Positions 48,401-58,377 of a stretch of DNA of 64,000 bases are shown in pieces. This DNA is from an uncultured Candidatus Rokubacteria bacterium (GTDB lineage: Bacteria; Methylomirabilota; Methylomirabilia; Rokubacteriales; CSP1-6). The notes under the pieces are model-generated. The model was not told the DNA's origin. It worked only from the letters and a program-made list of their open reading frames with translations, and searched no databases. Where the stretch lies: the NCBI GenBank assembly GCA_963754315.1, contig CAVWFS010000014.1:1-64000 (forward strand). The letters run 5' to 3'. A program made the translations under genes and the position numbers. Position 1 is the first letter of the stretch, and each line of letters starts with the position of its first letter.

Positions 48401-50047
48401 ATGAGAGTGCCGCGGCGGGACGCGATCTGGCCCTGGCGATGGGGTAAGCGCAACGACGGTCAGTCCTCCACCACTCCTCGCCCTGGCCCCCGCGGCCGAA
48501 TCCTCATTGCCACGAGCCTCGGCGGTTATGCCCATGCCCAAGCCCTCGATGCGGCGCTGGCCACCGCCCTCCAACTCCGGGGGGGAGAGGTCCAGCTCTT
48601 GCTGTGTGACGGTGTTCTCCCTGCCTGTCAGATGTCCAAGGCCCCGCGGGTCACCGCCGAGACACTGGTCAGCATCGGGCAAGCCGCCTACTGCGCCATC
48701 TGCTTCGGCGAGGGCATCGATCGGTTCGGGAGACTCCCGCTGGTGACCTACAGCCAATTCCTGGCCGACGGTGATCGCCAGACCGCTGCTCGCCTCGCCG
48801 ACCAGGTTCCCCTGGACGACATCCGCGGGTTCCGCTTCCGCGAGCTGGCTGTTGGCGAGCACGCGTACGCGGGCGCGCTGCGCTTCTTTGCCCGCGGCGA
48901 CCTGGACGGTGAACCCCATGGCGCCGCCGTCCTGCGTCGGTATCTACAGGCTGGTGTGGTGACCATCATGGCCCTCGACCGTCTGTTCGAGAGGCACCAC
49001 TTCGACGTGGTGGTGGCGCACCACGGGATCTACATCCCGCAGGGAATGATCGTCGAAGTGGCTCGCCGGCGCGGCGTTCGCATCGTCACCTGGAATCCTG
49101 CCTACCGCAAGCACTCCTTCATCTTCAGCCACGACGACACATACCATCACACCATGATGTCCGAGCCGCCGGACACCTGGGCGCACCTGCCCCTGACCGA
49201 CGAGCTCAGACAGCACACTCTGCGATATCTGGAGAGCCGCCGCTCGGGAACGAACGACTGGATCTGGTTCCATGATCAGCCGCGCGAGGATGTCCGCCAT
49301 GTCCTGACCGAGATCGGGGCCTCCCCAGACAGGCCCTACCTGGCGCTTCTGACCAGCGTCGTGTGGGACGCCCAGTTGCACTACGCCTCCAATGCCTTTC
49401 CGACCATGCTCGAGTGGGTCCGTCAAACAATCCTGTATTTCCGAGGGCGGCCCGATCTGCAACTGGTCATCCGTGTGCATCCGGCCGAAGTGCGGGGCCT
49501 GGTACCCTCCCGGCAACGCATCGCGGACGAAGTGATGCGATGGTTTCCCGAGCTTCCGCCCAACGTCTTCGTGATCGGGCCCGAACACCAGGCGAGCACG
49601 TACGCCTTGACCGATCACGCCAACGCCGTCGCTATCTACAACACCAAGACGGGTGTCGAGGTCGCTGCCCAAGGGCGCCCGGTCATCGTGGCCGGGGAAG
49701 CATGGATCAGAGGCAAGGGGTTCTCCCTCGATGTGTCGAGCCCCGAGCACTACTTCGAGATCCTCGATCGCCTCCCATTCAGCACCGGGATGTCGGCCGA
49801 GCAGATCGATCGGGCCATCCGGTATGCCTACCACTTCTTCTTTCGCCGGATGATCCCGCTTCCCTTCATCGCCAGCGCAGGGCCCGCGCACTTCACTGTC
49901 AGCGCCGCCGATTCTCAGCTGGGTCCAAACGCCTTCCTCGGCCTGGATGTGGTGTGCGATGGCATTCTCAGCGGTTCTCCATTTGTGTACCCGTCGGAGT
50001 CGGTGCCCGACCCCCTGGCAGAACGTCATGAGGCTGCCGCCTCCTGA
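48401..50047 (+). CDS. Capsule-biosynthesis (KpsS/KpsC-like) glycosyltransferase, paralog B
   Basis: Colinear with 40984..42684: CDGVLPAC, HGIYIPQG, FIFSHDDTYH, IRVHPAE, VAGEAWIRGKG, YAYHFFFRRMIP. Confidence 0.75.
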   Translation: MRVPRRDAIWPWRWGKRNDGQSSTTPRPGPRGRILIATSLGGYAHAQALDAALATALQLRGGEVQLLLCDGVLPACQMSKAPRVTAETLVSIGQAAYCAICFGEGIDRFGRLPLVTYSQFLADGDRQTAARLADQVPLDDIRGFRFRELAVGEHAYAGALRFFARGDLDGEPHGAAVLRRYLQAGVVTIMALDRLFERHHFDVVVAHHGIYIPQGMIVEVARRRGVRIVTWNPAYRKHSFIFSHDDTYHHTMMSEPPDTWAHLPLTDELRQHTLRYLESRRSGTNDWIWFHDQPREDVRHVLTEIGASPDRPYLALLTSVVWDAQLHYASNAFPTMLEWVRQTILYFRGRPDLQLVIRVHPAEVRGLVPSRQRIADEVMRWFPELPPNVFVIGPEHQASTYALTDHANAVAIYNTKTGVEVAAQGRPVIVAGEAWIRGKGFSLDVSSPEHYFEILDRLPFSTGMSAEQIDRAIRYAYHFFFRRMIPLPFIASAGPAHFTVSAADSQLGPNAFLGLDVVCDGILSGSPFVYPSESVPDPLAERHEAAAS

Positions 50048-50558
50048 GGCTCGGCCCCCGAGCGTGGTGCTGATCCTTCAACCCGACGAGCATACGGAGA
50101 GTGAGGATCTCCCCATCATGCGGGACTGCCTGGCCCAGGCCGGCCTTGGCTGGGTCGAGAGCACCGCCCACGCTCTCCCCGCGGCGGAATTTTCGGCGTT
50201 GGTGGTCCGGGGCTCGATCCCCATCCGTGGCTATCTGACCCCCCATACGTCGAGCCTGGAACCCCTCGATCAGGGCGTGCGCGAGATCATTCGCGCCTTC
50301 TTTGATGCGGGCAAGCCGATCGCGGCCCCTTGCATGGGTCTCGCCGTCGTGATCGAAGCGTTGTCGGACCTGTTGCCCCGCTCGCTGGTCCTCACGCCGG
50401 AATCGCCGTCAGGACCTATTGCCGTCTATTCCGCCCTCCGCCTGGTCACTACCCACCGCCCGCTCATCGGCCGCACGCCCGCTGAGATCTCGCACGCGCT
50501 CACGCAGGTCGTGAGTACCCTGCAACGCCTGCTGATGGGGCACCCTCTTCCGTGCTAG
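50028..50558 (+). CDS. DJ-1/PfpI (class I glutamine amidotransferase-like) domain protein
   Basis: IIRAFFDAGKPIAAPCMG nucleophile-elbow motif. Confidence 0.6.
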   Translation: MRLPPPEARPPSVVLILQPDEHTESEDLPIMRDCLAQAGLGWVESTAHALPAAEFSALVVRGSIPIRGYLTPHTSSLEPLDQGVREIIRAFFDAGKPIAAPCMGLAVVIEALSDLLPRSLVLTPESPSGPIAVYSALRLVTTHRPLIGRTPAEISHALTQVVSTLQRLLMGHPLPC

Positions 50559-52333
50559 CCCTCGGCATCCACTGCCTCCACGATGCCTCCGCAGCCATCT
50601 GTTCGTCCTCGGGGTGCGTGTTCGCCCTGGCTGAAGAACGCGTGACCCGGATCAAGCATCACTACGGCTTCCCCATGGAGGCCATACGGACAGCATTTCG
50701 CGAGTTGGCCATCAGCGGCGATGACATCGATATCGTCGCCCTCTCCACGCATCAGCCGCTGTTCCCTTTCCTGCAAAACTACGTGACCGTCGAGTTGGAC
50801 GGCAAGCCCTCCAGGCGTCCCCGCTCCAGACTTTGGCGGTGGCGCCCCCGAGCCACGCGGTCGATACAGCCGCCACGAGCCGCTGCGTCCTTGGCGGGGA
50901 CGCTCTGGGAGGGTTTCGAGCCTCGACATTGGTCGTACTTTCATGAAGCCTTGAACGAGCTCGGCCTTTTCAGCCCCCGCATACGCTATGTCTATGTCGC
51001 CCACCATCGGGCCCATGCCGCCAGTACCTTCCGCCTGGCCGGGATGCGCGGGGAGAAGCTATGCGTGGTCACCATGGACGGCAAGGGTGACGGATATAGC
51101 GGCAGTGTCTTTCTGGGGCACGAGGACGGCCGGTTGGAGTTGATCCGCGCCACACCCGCCCAGCACAGCCTCGGCTCGTTCTACCAGGCGATTACCGAGG
51201 TCCTTGGGTTCGTTCCGGTGGAGGGCGAATACAAGACGATGGGCTTGGCCGCCCTGGGCCAGCCTGGCTTGCCCAATCCCTTCGAAGGACTGGTCGAGGC
51301 CGAGGACGGCATGACCCGCAGCCGAGTCCCCTGGACGTTCCGCTCCTACAACGCTGTGTACCCAACCAAACAGGTTCCGAACCCCCTGGGTTCGGTCGCC
51401 GAAACCGAGCTCTTCCGGGAGTACCTCGACCGCTACCAGCCCGCTCAACTGGCGTACTTTGCCCAGGAGCACGTCGAGCGGACCATGGTGGCCCTGATCG
51501 GCGACGCGCTGCGGCTGACCGGGGCCCGCTCTCTCGCCGTGGCGGGCGGCGTCATGTTAAATGTCAAAGCCAACGGCCGCATACGAGATGCGCTCGCGCC
51601 GTCCCCCTATTTCGTCTTTCCTGACTCTGCCGACTCCGGGCTCTCCATCGGGGCCGCCATGGAAGGTTTGTACGTCTGCGGGGCCGTCACCACCGCCTCC
51701 CTGCCCTCGCCCTACCTGGGGCATCGCTTCACCGACGACCAGATCGCGGCCGCCCTGGCCCGGATTTCGGATGTGATCGTCGACGAGGCGGGGAGCCGGC
51801 TCCCCACCCGTGTGGCAAAGGAACTGATGCAGGGAAGAGTCATCGGAACCTTTCAAGGTCGACTGGAAGTGGGGCCGCGAGCGCTCGGCAACCGTTCGGT
51901 GCTGGCTGATCCGCGCGATCCTGCCATCCGCGAGCGCATCAACAGCATCCTGAAGGGGCGCGAGTGGTTCGTGCCCTTCGCTCCCGTCGTCCTCGAAGAC
52001 GAAGCGAAGGCGTATTGGGATGGTCCCATCGATTATCGGCACATGACCTTCACGGTGGCGGCCTCCCCGTTCGCCAAGGAACGCGTGCCGGGCGTCGTGC
52101 ATGTCGACGGCACCATGCGACCACAGGTCGTGAATGGCGACACCAACCCCTGGCTGCACGCCGTCCTGCAGGCGTTCCGGGACTTGACCGGGGTCGGGGT
52201 CCTCATCAACACCTCGTTCAACCGTCATGGCTTGCCGATCGTGGGCGCTCCCGCCGACGCCATCGAGCATCTATGCCAGGGCTGGGTGGATGGCCTCGCC
52301 ATTGGCCGCTACTACGTCACCCGGGCGACCTAG
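50552..52333 (+). CDS. Carbamoyltransferase (NodU/CmcH family)
   Basis: HDASA, AEER, HHRAHAAS, DGKGD, EYKTMGLA, GGVMLNVKAN, GPRALGNRS, REWFVPFAP, HVDGTMRPQ, NTSFN. Confidence 0.95.
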   Translation: MLALGIHCLHDASAAICSSSGCVFALAEERVTRIKHHYGFPMEAIRTAFRELAISGDDIDIVALSTHQPLFPFLQNYVTVELDGKPSRRPRSRLWRWRPRATRSIQPPRAAASLAGTLWEGFEPRHWSYFHEALNELGLFSPRIRYVYVAHHRAHAASTFRLAGMRGEKLCVVTMDGKGDGYSGSVFLGHEDGRLELIRATPAQHSLGSFYQAITEVLGFVPVEGEYKTMGLAALGQPGLPNPFEGLVEAEDGMTRSRVPWTFRSYNAVYPTKQVPNPLGSVAETELFREYLDRYQPAQLAYFAQEHVERTMVALIGDALRLTGARSLAVAGGVMLNVKANGRIRDALAPSPYFVFPDSADSGLSIGAAMEGLYVCGAVTTASLPSPYLGHRFTDDQIAAALARISDVIVDEAGSRLPTRVAKELMQGRVIGTFQGRLEVGPRALGNRSVLADPRDPAIRERINSILKGREWFVPFAPVVLEDEAKAYWDGPIDYRHMTFTVAASPFAKERVPGVVHVDGTMRPQVVNGDTNPWLHAVLQAFRDLTGVGVLINTSFNRHGLPIVGAPADAIEHLCQGWVDGLAIGRYYVTRAT

Positions 52334-52340
52334 TCCCCAG

Positions 52341-54221
52341 ATGGGCTACATCCTCCACGTGGTCCCCGACAGCATCAACAACACGCGGACGATCTTCATC
52401 GGCAGCACCAAGGACGTCTGGGGGCGTGCCGAGTATTTTGCCGCCCGGGGCCACCACGTCCGACAGTTTGTGAGCGCGGGCCGCTCCGATGATGAGGCGG
52501 TCGCCATGCTCCGTGAGGCCGACCTCCGCGACTGCCGCGCGGTGTTGTTCGAATACGAGGTGTATGTTCGAAGCCTCGACTTCCTCAAGCGGAACCATCC
52601 CGAGATCCGGCGCCTGGTGCGCGCCCACAACGCCAATCTGCCGCATCTGGTCGATCAGTTCCGGGGGCGGCTGCGAATGCTTCAAGAACGCCGGGGCGCG
52701 GACTTCACGGAGGCCACCAAGGCCATCCACCGTGCCCTCATGCGTTTCCGACTTGACAGCCAATGTGCGGGGCTGGCTGACACTATTCTCCCGATTTGCC
52801 GCTGGGAGACCGACCACTACTGGGGGCAACTCACGGCGGCAGAGAACGTGGTCACTGTCCCCTACTTCGTGCCCCAGCCCGTTGTCGCCCAGATCCCCGC
52901 CCGACCCCGGCGAAACTTGTTTCTGTTCGCAATGGGAACGGGGGCGGCCATGTCGCCGCTCCTGTATGACGCCGGCCGCAACGCCGCCCGCCTCGTCAAC
53001 GCCCTCAGCGCGGAGGTGGCCGCCCAGTGGGACTTTCGGATCACGGGTAATCTGAAGCCACCCGACGTTCTGGCCCCGCTCGGCCGCTTGAAACCGACCG
53101 GGCTGCTGCCTTCACCGCTGCCCCTCTTGGCCGAGGCACGGGTGGTCGCCATCCCTTCCGATCTCGGCATGGGGTTCAAGACCAAGATCCTGGAGGCCAT
53201 CCTGGCCGGCTGTTGGGTGCTGGTGACCGAGGATGTCCACGGTCGCCTGCCGGACGCTCTCCGCCCATGGTGCCGGGTGGTGGACCCTCTGTCGCCCGCG
53301 CGGTTCGCGGAGATCTTGCAACAGTGCGCGGCCCCACCCCCCGTCGGCGATCCCAACGGCCTTTTGCGCGACGAGGCGTTTCGCGCACTCGATCGCGTCT
53401 TCTCCGTCGACCGCGCCAACGGGTCGCCCCCGAGCCGCGTGGAGATCGCGTCGGTCCTCTCTCCCACCTTGACGCCGGTGATGGAGACGGTCGGGGCCGG
53501 TGGACTCCGCTCCAGCAACGCGGAGCAGAGAGCCGTGTCCTTCGGTACCGGCCGCATCATCTATCACACGTATCTCAAGCCCGTGTTGGTGAGCACAGGG
53601 CTCATCGATTCCTCGCCGGCGATCTTCGAATACGGGGTGGGCGGTGGCCACATCCTCAGGGCCGTGAGCGAGGAGGGGCTGACCTGTGGAGGGGTCGACG
53701 GCTCACCCGCCTTGCTCGACGCTTGCCGGAGGGGCGTTCCGCGCGCGATCCGTCTCGGCTTGGTGGACGAATCGGGCACCTGCGACTTCCCGAGCGCTTG
53801 GGCAGACTTCGCCTATTCGTTCGCGGCGATTCGGCACATCATCAAGACGTCGCGGATCAGTCGGGCCATCGCGGAGATAGCCAGAATCCTGAAACCGGGA
53901 GGATACGTGCAGCTTCAGGTTCGTTCGGCACCCGGTCAGCGACCGCGGGCGCCCGTCCTGGCGCCGCCCCTGCTCCTCAACTTGGAGGATCGCACGTTGG
54001 TCCTGCACCTGCGCCCGCTGCGGCCGGGTCACCCTATTCTGAGGCGCCTTCGTCTCCCCCGGCTTGGCGTTCACGTGCATAGCGGGTGGAAGGGAGTGCC
54101 CCTCTCCATCCGATACCTTCACCGCGTCTTACGCAGACACGGTATCGAACCCCTCAGCCTTGAACCCGAGCGCAGCCAGCTGGACGATGTCTTCTGGGTG
54201 ACCGGGCGGAAGGGCCGCTGA
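52341..54221 (+). CDS. GT-B glycosyltransferase fused to a class I SAM-dependent methyltransferase
   Basis: GMGFKTKILEAI (GT-B); FEYGVGGG...GVDGS...EIARILKPGG (MTase). Confidence 0.75.
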   Translation: MGYILHVVPDSINNTRTIFIGSTKDVWGRAEYFAARGHHVRQFVSAGRSDDEAVAMLREADLRDCRAVLFEYEVYVRSLDFLKRNHPEIRRLVRAHNANLPHLVDQFRGRLRMLQERRGADFTEATKAIHRALMRFRLDSQCAGLADTILPICRWETDHYWGQLTAAENVVTVPYFVPQPVVAQIPARPRRNLFLFAMGTGAAMSPLLYDAGRNAARLVNALSAEVAAQWDFRITGNLKPPDVLAPLGRLKPTGLLPSPLPLLAEARVVAIPSDLGMGFKTKILEAILAGCWVLVTEDVHGRLPDALRPWCRVVDPLSPARFAEILQQCAAPPPVGDPNGLLRDEAFRALDRVFSVDRANGSPPSRVEIASVLSPTLTPVMETVGAGGLRSSNAEQRAVSFGTGRIIYHTYLKPVLVSTGLIDSSPAIFEYGVGGGHILRAVSEEGLTCGGVDGSPALLDACRRGVPRAIRLGLVDESGTCDFPSAWADFAYSFAAIRHIIKTSRISRAIAEIARILKPGGYVQLQVRSAPGQRPRAPVLAPPLLLNLEDRTLVLHLRPLRPGHPILRRLRLPRLGVHVHSGWKGVPLSIRYLHRVLRRHGIEPLSLEPERSQLDDVFWVTGRKGR

Positions 54222-54238
54222 AGGGTCCCGAGCCCGAC

Positions 54239-56461
54239 ATGCCCAGAGATATTGACGTGCTGTGGCTCGTCGAGCACACCGCACGCGAGATGGACGTGGC
54301 ATGCGTGACGAGTATCCTGGGCCGCACTCGCTACAATCTCACCATCGAGATCCGCAACATCTATCAGCATATCGGTGACTACCTGCGCGCGTATCGGCCG
54401 CGGGTGGTCGTCCATCCATTCGTCTATGTTGTGAAGGGCGCGCTGGCCACCGAGGACATCTACGCGCGCTGGCCCGGGGCCATCCATTTCAACCTGGCCT
54501 GGGAACAGATCCACTACCGTGCCCACTTGAGGATCAAGGCACCAGCCGACGAGGGGGCGCGGCTCGGAACGATTCATCACGGCTGGGGGGAATTCTACCG
54601 CGCCTACCTGAGGCAGCACGGCGTTCCCGACGAGCACATCTTCATCAATGGCCACCCGTCCTATCGTCTCTACGCCGACCCCTATCGCCGCTTTTTCGCC
54701 GACCGCGGCGCCCTCGCCAAGACGTTTGGTCTCGATCCGGCCAAACGGTGGGTATTCGTACCGGACAACTACCGCTGGGCTTTCGCCCAGCGAAAGCTCA
54801 AGTTCTTCCTGGCGCAGGGTGGAGACGCCCGGGAGATGCAATCGCTGATCGACTTCTCGGTGCCTTCGCTGGAGCACCTCTTGCGAGCATGCCGCGCGGC
54901 CGCCACCGACGAAGGCCTGGAGATCATCCTCAGGCCCCGCCCGTCAGTCAGCACAGGGGAGTTCCTCGGATTCTTTCAGCAACGCGTGGGCGGGGACACC
55001 GGGCGCATCCGCTTCCTCAAGGAGGGCTCGGTGCGCGAGTGGATCATGGCCAGCGACGTCGTGATTTCCTCCTACAGCACCAGTCTGATCGAGGCGGCGG
55101 TGGCGGGGAAGCCAGCCTGGATGTTCGAGCCGATTCCGATTCCGGCGGGGCTGTACTGCGAATGGTATGACCATGTCGGGCGGATCCGCGACACGGAGGG
55201 GCTTCTGAGTGTATGCCGTGGGCCCGCGCAGACGAGAGCGGATGATCCGCTACGCGAATGGGCTCACGCCAACCTGCTGGCCTGCGGAGATCCGTTGCAG
55301 CGGTTGGCCCTCCAGCTTGCTCTTCTCGTGGATCGGGCACGGGCCAGCTCGTCCCCGGAAGGGCGGCTCCCGCGGCACCTCGGCACCAAGAAATACTTCA
55401 ACGAGGACACCCACGAGAAGGACGCCTTCTCCCCCTCAGACGTGGACACCCTCACCACCGAGTGGGCGTCGCTGCTGGCGGCCACCCCGCCTCGGGACGA
55501 GGCCATAGCCGACTGGTCCCTCGGGAACACCACCAACAAGACGATGGACCGCGATGACCTCCTCACCCCGGCGGCAGCGCCCCTGGTGGAGGGCCTGAAC
55601 ACTCTGGTCCATGCTCTCTACGCGAGAGGAGCCGCCCCCTCGTCCTGGGTCGGCAGCCTTCCCCGAGCCCCCATCGTACGGACAGGGGGAACGGGCGGGG
55701 CGCGTTTCGGCCTGGGGTGGCGGCAGCGCCGCCGAGACGAGTACGCCGAGGATCCTGACGAGCGGCCGGCGTTGACTCTCGCGATGCGGCAGCGGCTCGC
55801 GTATCAGCCCCTGCCCGGGGCCGCGGACGACCGACGCTTCCCGTGGTTCCTCTACTGGGAGGTCGTCTGGATCCTACGTCATGTGCAACCGCTCCTCGAG
55901 CCAGGGATGCGATTGCTCGTCGCCGGTGGCACCTCCTCGCTGTTCGCGTGCTATCTGGCGTCCAGGGAGTACGAAGTGCATTCAGTCGACCTTGACGATC
56001 GCCTCGCCACCAACGGACAGCACGTGGCGAGGACCATGGGTTGGACCACGATGTTCGCGCACCCTGTGGACCTGGGGGCTCTTCGCTTCCCCGACGCGCA
56101 CTTCGATCACGCCGTCTCAATCCGCGGCCTCTGGCCTGCTGACGTCGACCGCACGCAGGGGGCGCTGCGGGAGATCGCACGGTGCCTCAGGCCAGGCGGC
56201 CTGCTCGCGCTCACCTTCGAGTACCGGAGCCCGGTCCCGGCCGCCATCAGTGCGGGAACGTCCCTGCCCTCGCACCATACGCTGGCGTCGGAAGCCGACA
56301 TCCATCGCCGCTTCTTGAAGAGTGGAGAATTCCGCCTCGCCGGGACCCCACTCTTCCACGACACCTGGCGGTCCTACCTCCGGCACCCAGCGGACGCGCG
56401 GAAGTCGTACACGTTGGGAGCGATCATCCTCCAGCGCCTAGGGACGGGGCCACGGTCGTGA
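54239..56461 (+). CDS. Surface-carbohydrate biosynthesis (GT-B-like) protein fused to a SAM-dependent methyltransferase
   Basis: EHTAREMD, NGHP, ILRPRPS, WIMASDVVISSYSTSLIEAAVAGKP; C-terminal LVAGGTSS...FPDAHFD...ARCLRPGG. Confidence 0.7.
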   Translation: MPRDIDVLWLVEHTAREMDVACVTSILGRTRYNLTIEIRNIYQHIGDYLRAYRPRVVVHPFVYVVKGALATEDIYARWPGAIHFNLAWEQIHYRAHLRIKAPADEGARLGTIHHGWGEFYRAYLRQHGVPDEHIFINGHPSYRLYADPYRRFFADRGALAKTFGLDPAKRWVFVPDNYRWAFAQRKLKFFLAQGGDAREMQSLIDFSVPSLEHLLRACRAAATDEGLEIILRPRPSVSTGEFLGFFQQRVGGDTGRIRFLKEGSVREWIMASDVVISSYSTSLIEAAVAGKPAWMFEPIPIPAGLYCEWYDHVGRIRDTEGLLSVCRGPAQTRADDPLREWAHANLLACGDPLQRLALQLALLVDRARASSSPEGRLPRHLGTKKYFNEDTHEKDAFSPSDVDTLTTEWASLLAATPPRDEAIADWSLGNTTNKTMDRDDLLTPAAAPLVEGLNTLVHALYARGAAPSSWVGSLPRAPIVRTGGTGGARFGLGWRQRRRDEYAEDPDERPALTLAMRQRLAYQPLPGAADDRRFPWFLYWEVVWILRHVQPLLEPGMRLLVAGGTSSLFACYLASREYEVHSVDLDDRLATNGQHVARTMGWTTMFAHPVDLGALRFPDAHFDHAVSIRGLWPADVDRTQGALREIARCLRPGGLLALTFEYRSPVPAAISAGTSLPSHHTLASEADIHRRFLKSGEFRLAGTPLFHDTWRSYLRHPADARKSYTLGAIILQRLGTGPRS

Positions 56462-57417
56462 TGGTTGCTCATTTATCCGTGATCGTGTGTACGTACAACC
56501 GCTGCGACCTCCTCGCCGGCTGCCTCCAGAGCCTTGGAGATCAGCGACTGTCCCCCGCTCGCTTCGAGGTGGTGGTCGTGGACAACAACTCCACCGACGA
56601 CACCGCGGCGGTCGTGGAACACCACCAGGCGAGGCTCGCCAATCTCCGCTACGTGTTCGAACCGGTCCAGGGCCTCTCGCACGCGCGAAATCGTGGGGCG
56701 GCGGCCGCGGTGGGCACGTACCTTGTCTATGTCGACGACGATACACGGCTGCCCTCCACGTACCTTTCGTGCGTTCTCGATACTCTCGAGCGTACCCAGC
56801 CGGACCTTCTCGGCGGTCCCGTCTACCCCTTCTACACCGAGGCCAAGCCCCGGTGGTTCAAAGACCGCTACGAGATCCGCAAGTACGCCGAGGCATCGGG
56901 CTTCTCCACCACCTGTAACGTTTCCGGAATGAACTTCGTGATCCGCAAAGATCTACTGGCGCACCTGGGTGGTTTCGATCCGTCCCTCGGCATGCGGGGC
57001 ACCGAGCAGGGTTTCGGCGAGGAACGGAAGGTCCTCGAAACATACCGAGAGGTGACCCCCGTCGTCGCGCAAAGAGTCTACTACGACCTCGACTGCATGC
57101 TGTTCCACCACGTTCCCCTTCACAAAATGCGCATCCGCTACATCCTGGGACGTGGCTTCCGGATAGGGCGAATGCTCGTGGTGGTGACGGGTCGCGGGGC
57201 AACCCCGAGAAGCTTCGGATCCCTTCTCGTCCACTATCCTCGCTCGTTCGTGAACGTGTTGCGGGGGAGTGCCGCCGACGGCTGGCGCCACCTCGACTGG
57301 GTCCAGATCGCGCGCAGTCTGGCCATTCAGACGGGGAAGCTCGTGGAGAGCACACGCCAGATGGGCGGCGCCGCCGGGCGGCGCCTCCGTCGCATCGTCC
57401 TCGCCGTGGGTCGCTGA
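56461..57417 (+). CDS. GT2 glycosyltransferase
   Basis: SVIVCTYNR, VVDNNSTD, GLSHARN, YVDDD. Confidence 0.93.
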   Translation: MVAHLSVIVCTYNRCDLLAGCLQSLGDQRLSPARFEVVVVDNNSTDDTAAVVEHHQARLANLRYVFEPVQGLSHARNRGAAAAVGTYLVYVDDDTRLPSTYLSCVLDTLERTQPDLLGGPVYPFYTEAKPRWFKDRYEIRKYAEASGFSTTCNVSGMNFVIRKDLLAHLGGFDPSLGMRGTEQGFGEERKVLETYREVTPVVAQRVYYDLDCMLFHHVPLHKMRIRYILGRGFRIGRMLVVVTGRGATPRSFGSLLVHYPRSFVNVLRGSAADGWRHLDWVQIARSLAIQTGKLVESTRQMGGAAGRRLRRIVLAVGR

Positions 57418-57537
57418 CCGGAGGCCCTGCGGAGGCGGCGCGAGACGCCACCGCCAAACCCCGTAAGAGTTGACAGCCCGAGCCGGATACCGCATACAAG
57501 ACTCATGCGCACTCCCGACGCCGACCACGGGGCGCTC

Positions 57538-58377
57538 ATGAGCACGGAAACGTTGCCGGGTGAAGAAATCGTCCTTCGCCCGCCGGGCGCCTTCGCGCAC
57601 CTGGACCTGGGTGAGCTGTGGCGCTACCGCGGCACCCTGTGGCGAAAGGTCACGCAGAAGATCCGCATCCAGTACGACGACATGTGGCTTGGGCTCTTCT
57701 GGGCCGTCGCCCGCCCGCTCATCATGGTGGTCGTCTTCTGGGCGTTCCGCGATCTCTCCCAGGCGCAAACCGGTGTCCATATTCCCTATGCGCTGTACGT
57801 CTACAGCGGGCTGGTGGCCTGGTTCTACTTCACCGAAGTCTCGACGTCGGTGGCCATGAGCCTCTTCCGAGACGCGGGCTTGATTCAGAAGGTCTACTTC
57901 CCCCGCCTGATCAGCCCCCTCTCGCAGCTACTCGGCGAGACCTACACCTTGGCCCTGGCCTCCATCCCCCTGATCATCATGATGGTCAGCTTCGGGGAGT
58001 ACCCCGGCTGGAACCTCCTCCTCCTGCCCGCCGTCCTCGTGCAACTCATGCTGCTCGCCCTCGGGGTGGGCACGGTCTTCTCGTCGCTCATTCTGGTCAG
58101 CCGCGACTGGGAACGCGTGCTCCAGGTCTCGCTCTCGTTTGGGCTCTGGGTGTCTCCGGTGATCTACTCGTTGGCCATGATTCCGAAGCGGTACGCCGCG
58201 ATCTACCTGGCGAATCCTCTCAGCGGCAGCCTCCTCGCCTTGCGGGCGACCCTGTTTGACAGCCTGGAGTTTCCGTGGGGCGCGTGGGCGTACGCGTTCG
58301 TCTTTTCCGTGGCGCTGGCGGGAATCGGGCTCGTGCTGTTCCAGCGCTCCGAGCGGAACCTCGCCGACCGACTATGA
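57538..58377 (+). CDS. wzm: Polysaccharide ABC exporter permease
   Basis: ELWRYR, LGLFWAVARP, LIQKVYFPR, SPVIY, NP. Confidence 0.9.
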   Translation: MSTETLPGEEIVLRPPGAFAHLDLGELWRYRGTLWRKVTQKIRIQYDDMWLGLFWAVARPLIMVVVFWAFRDLSQAQTGVHIPYALYVYSGLVAWFYFTEVSTSVAMSLFRDAGLIQKVYFPRLISPLSQLLGETYTLALASIPLIIMMVSFGEYPGWNLLLLPAVLVQLMLLALGVGTVFSSLILVSRDWERVLQVSLSFGLWVSPVIYSLAMIPKRYAAIYLANPLSGSLLALRATLFDSLEFPWGAWAYAFVFSVALAGIGLVLFQRSERNLADRL

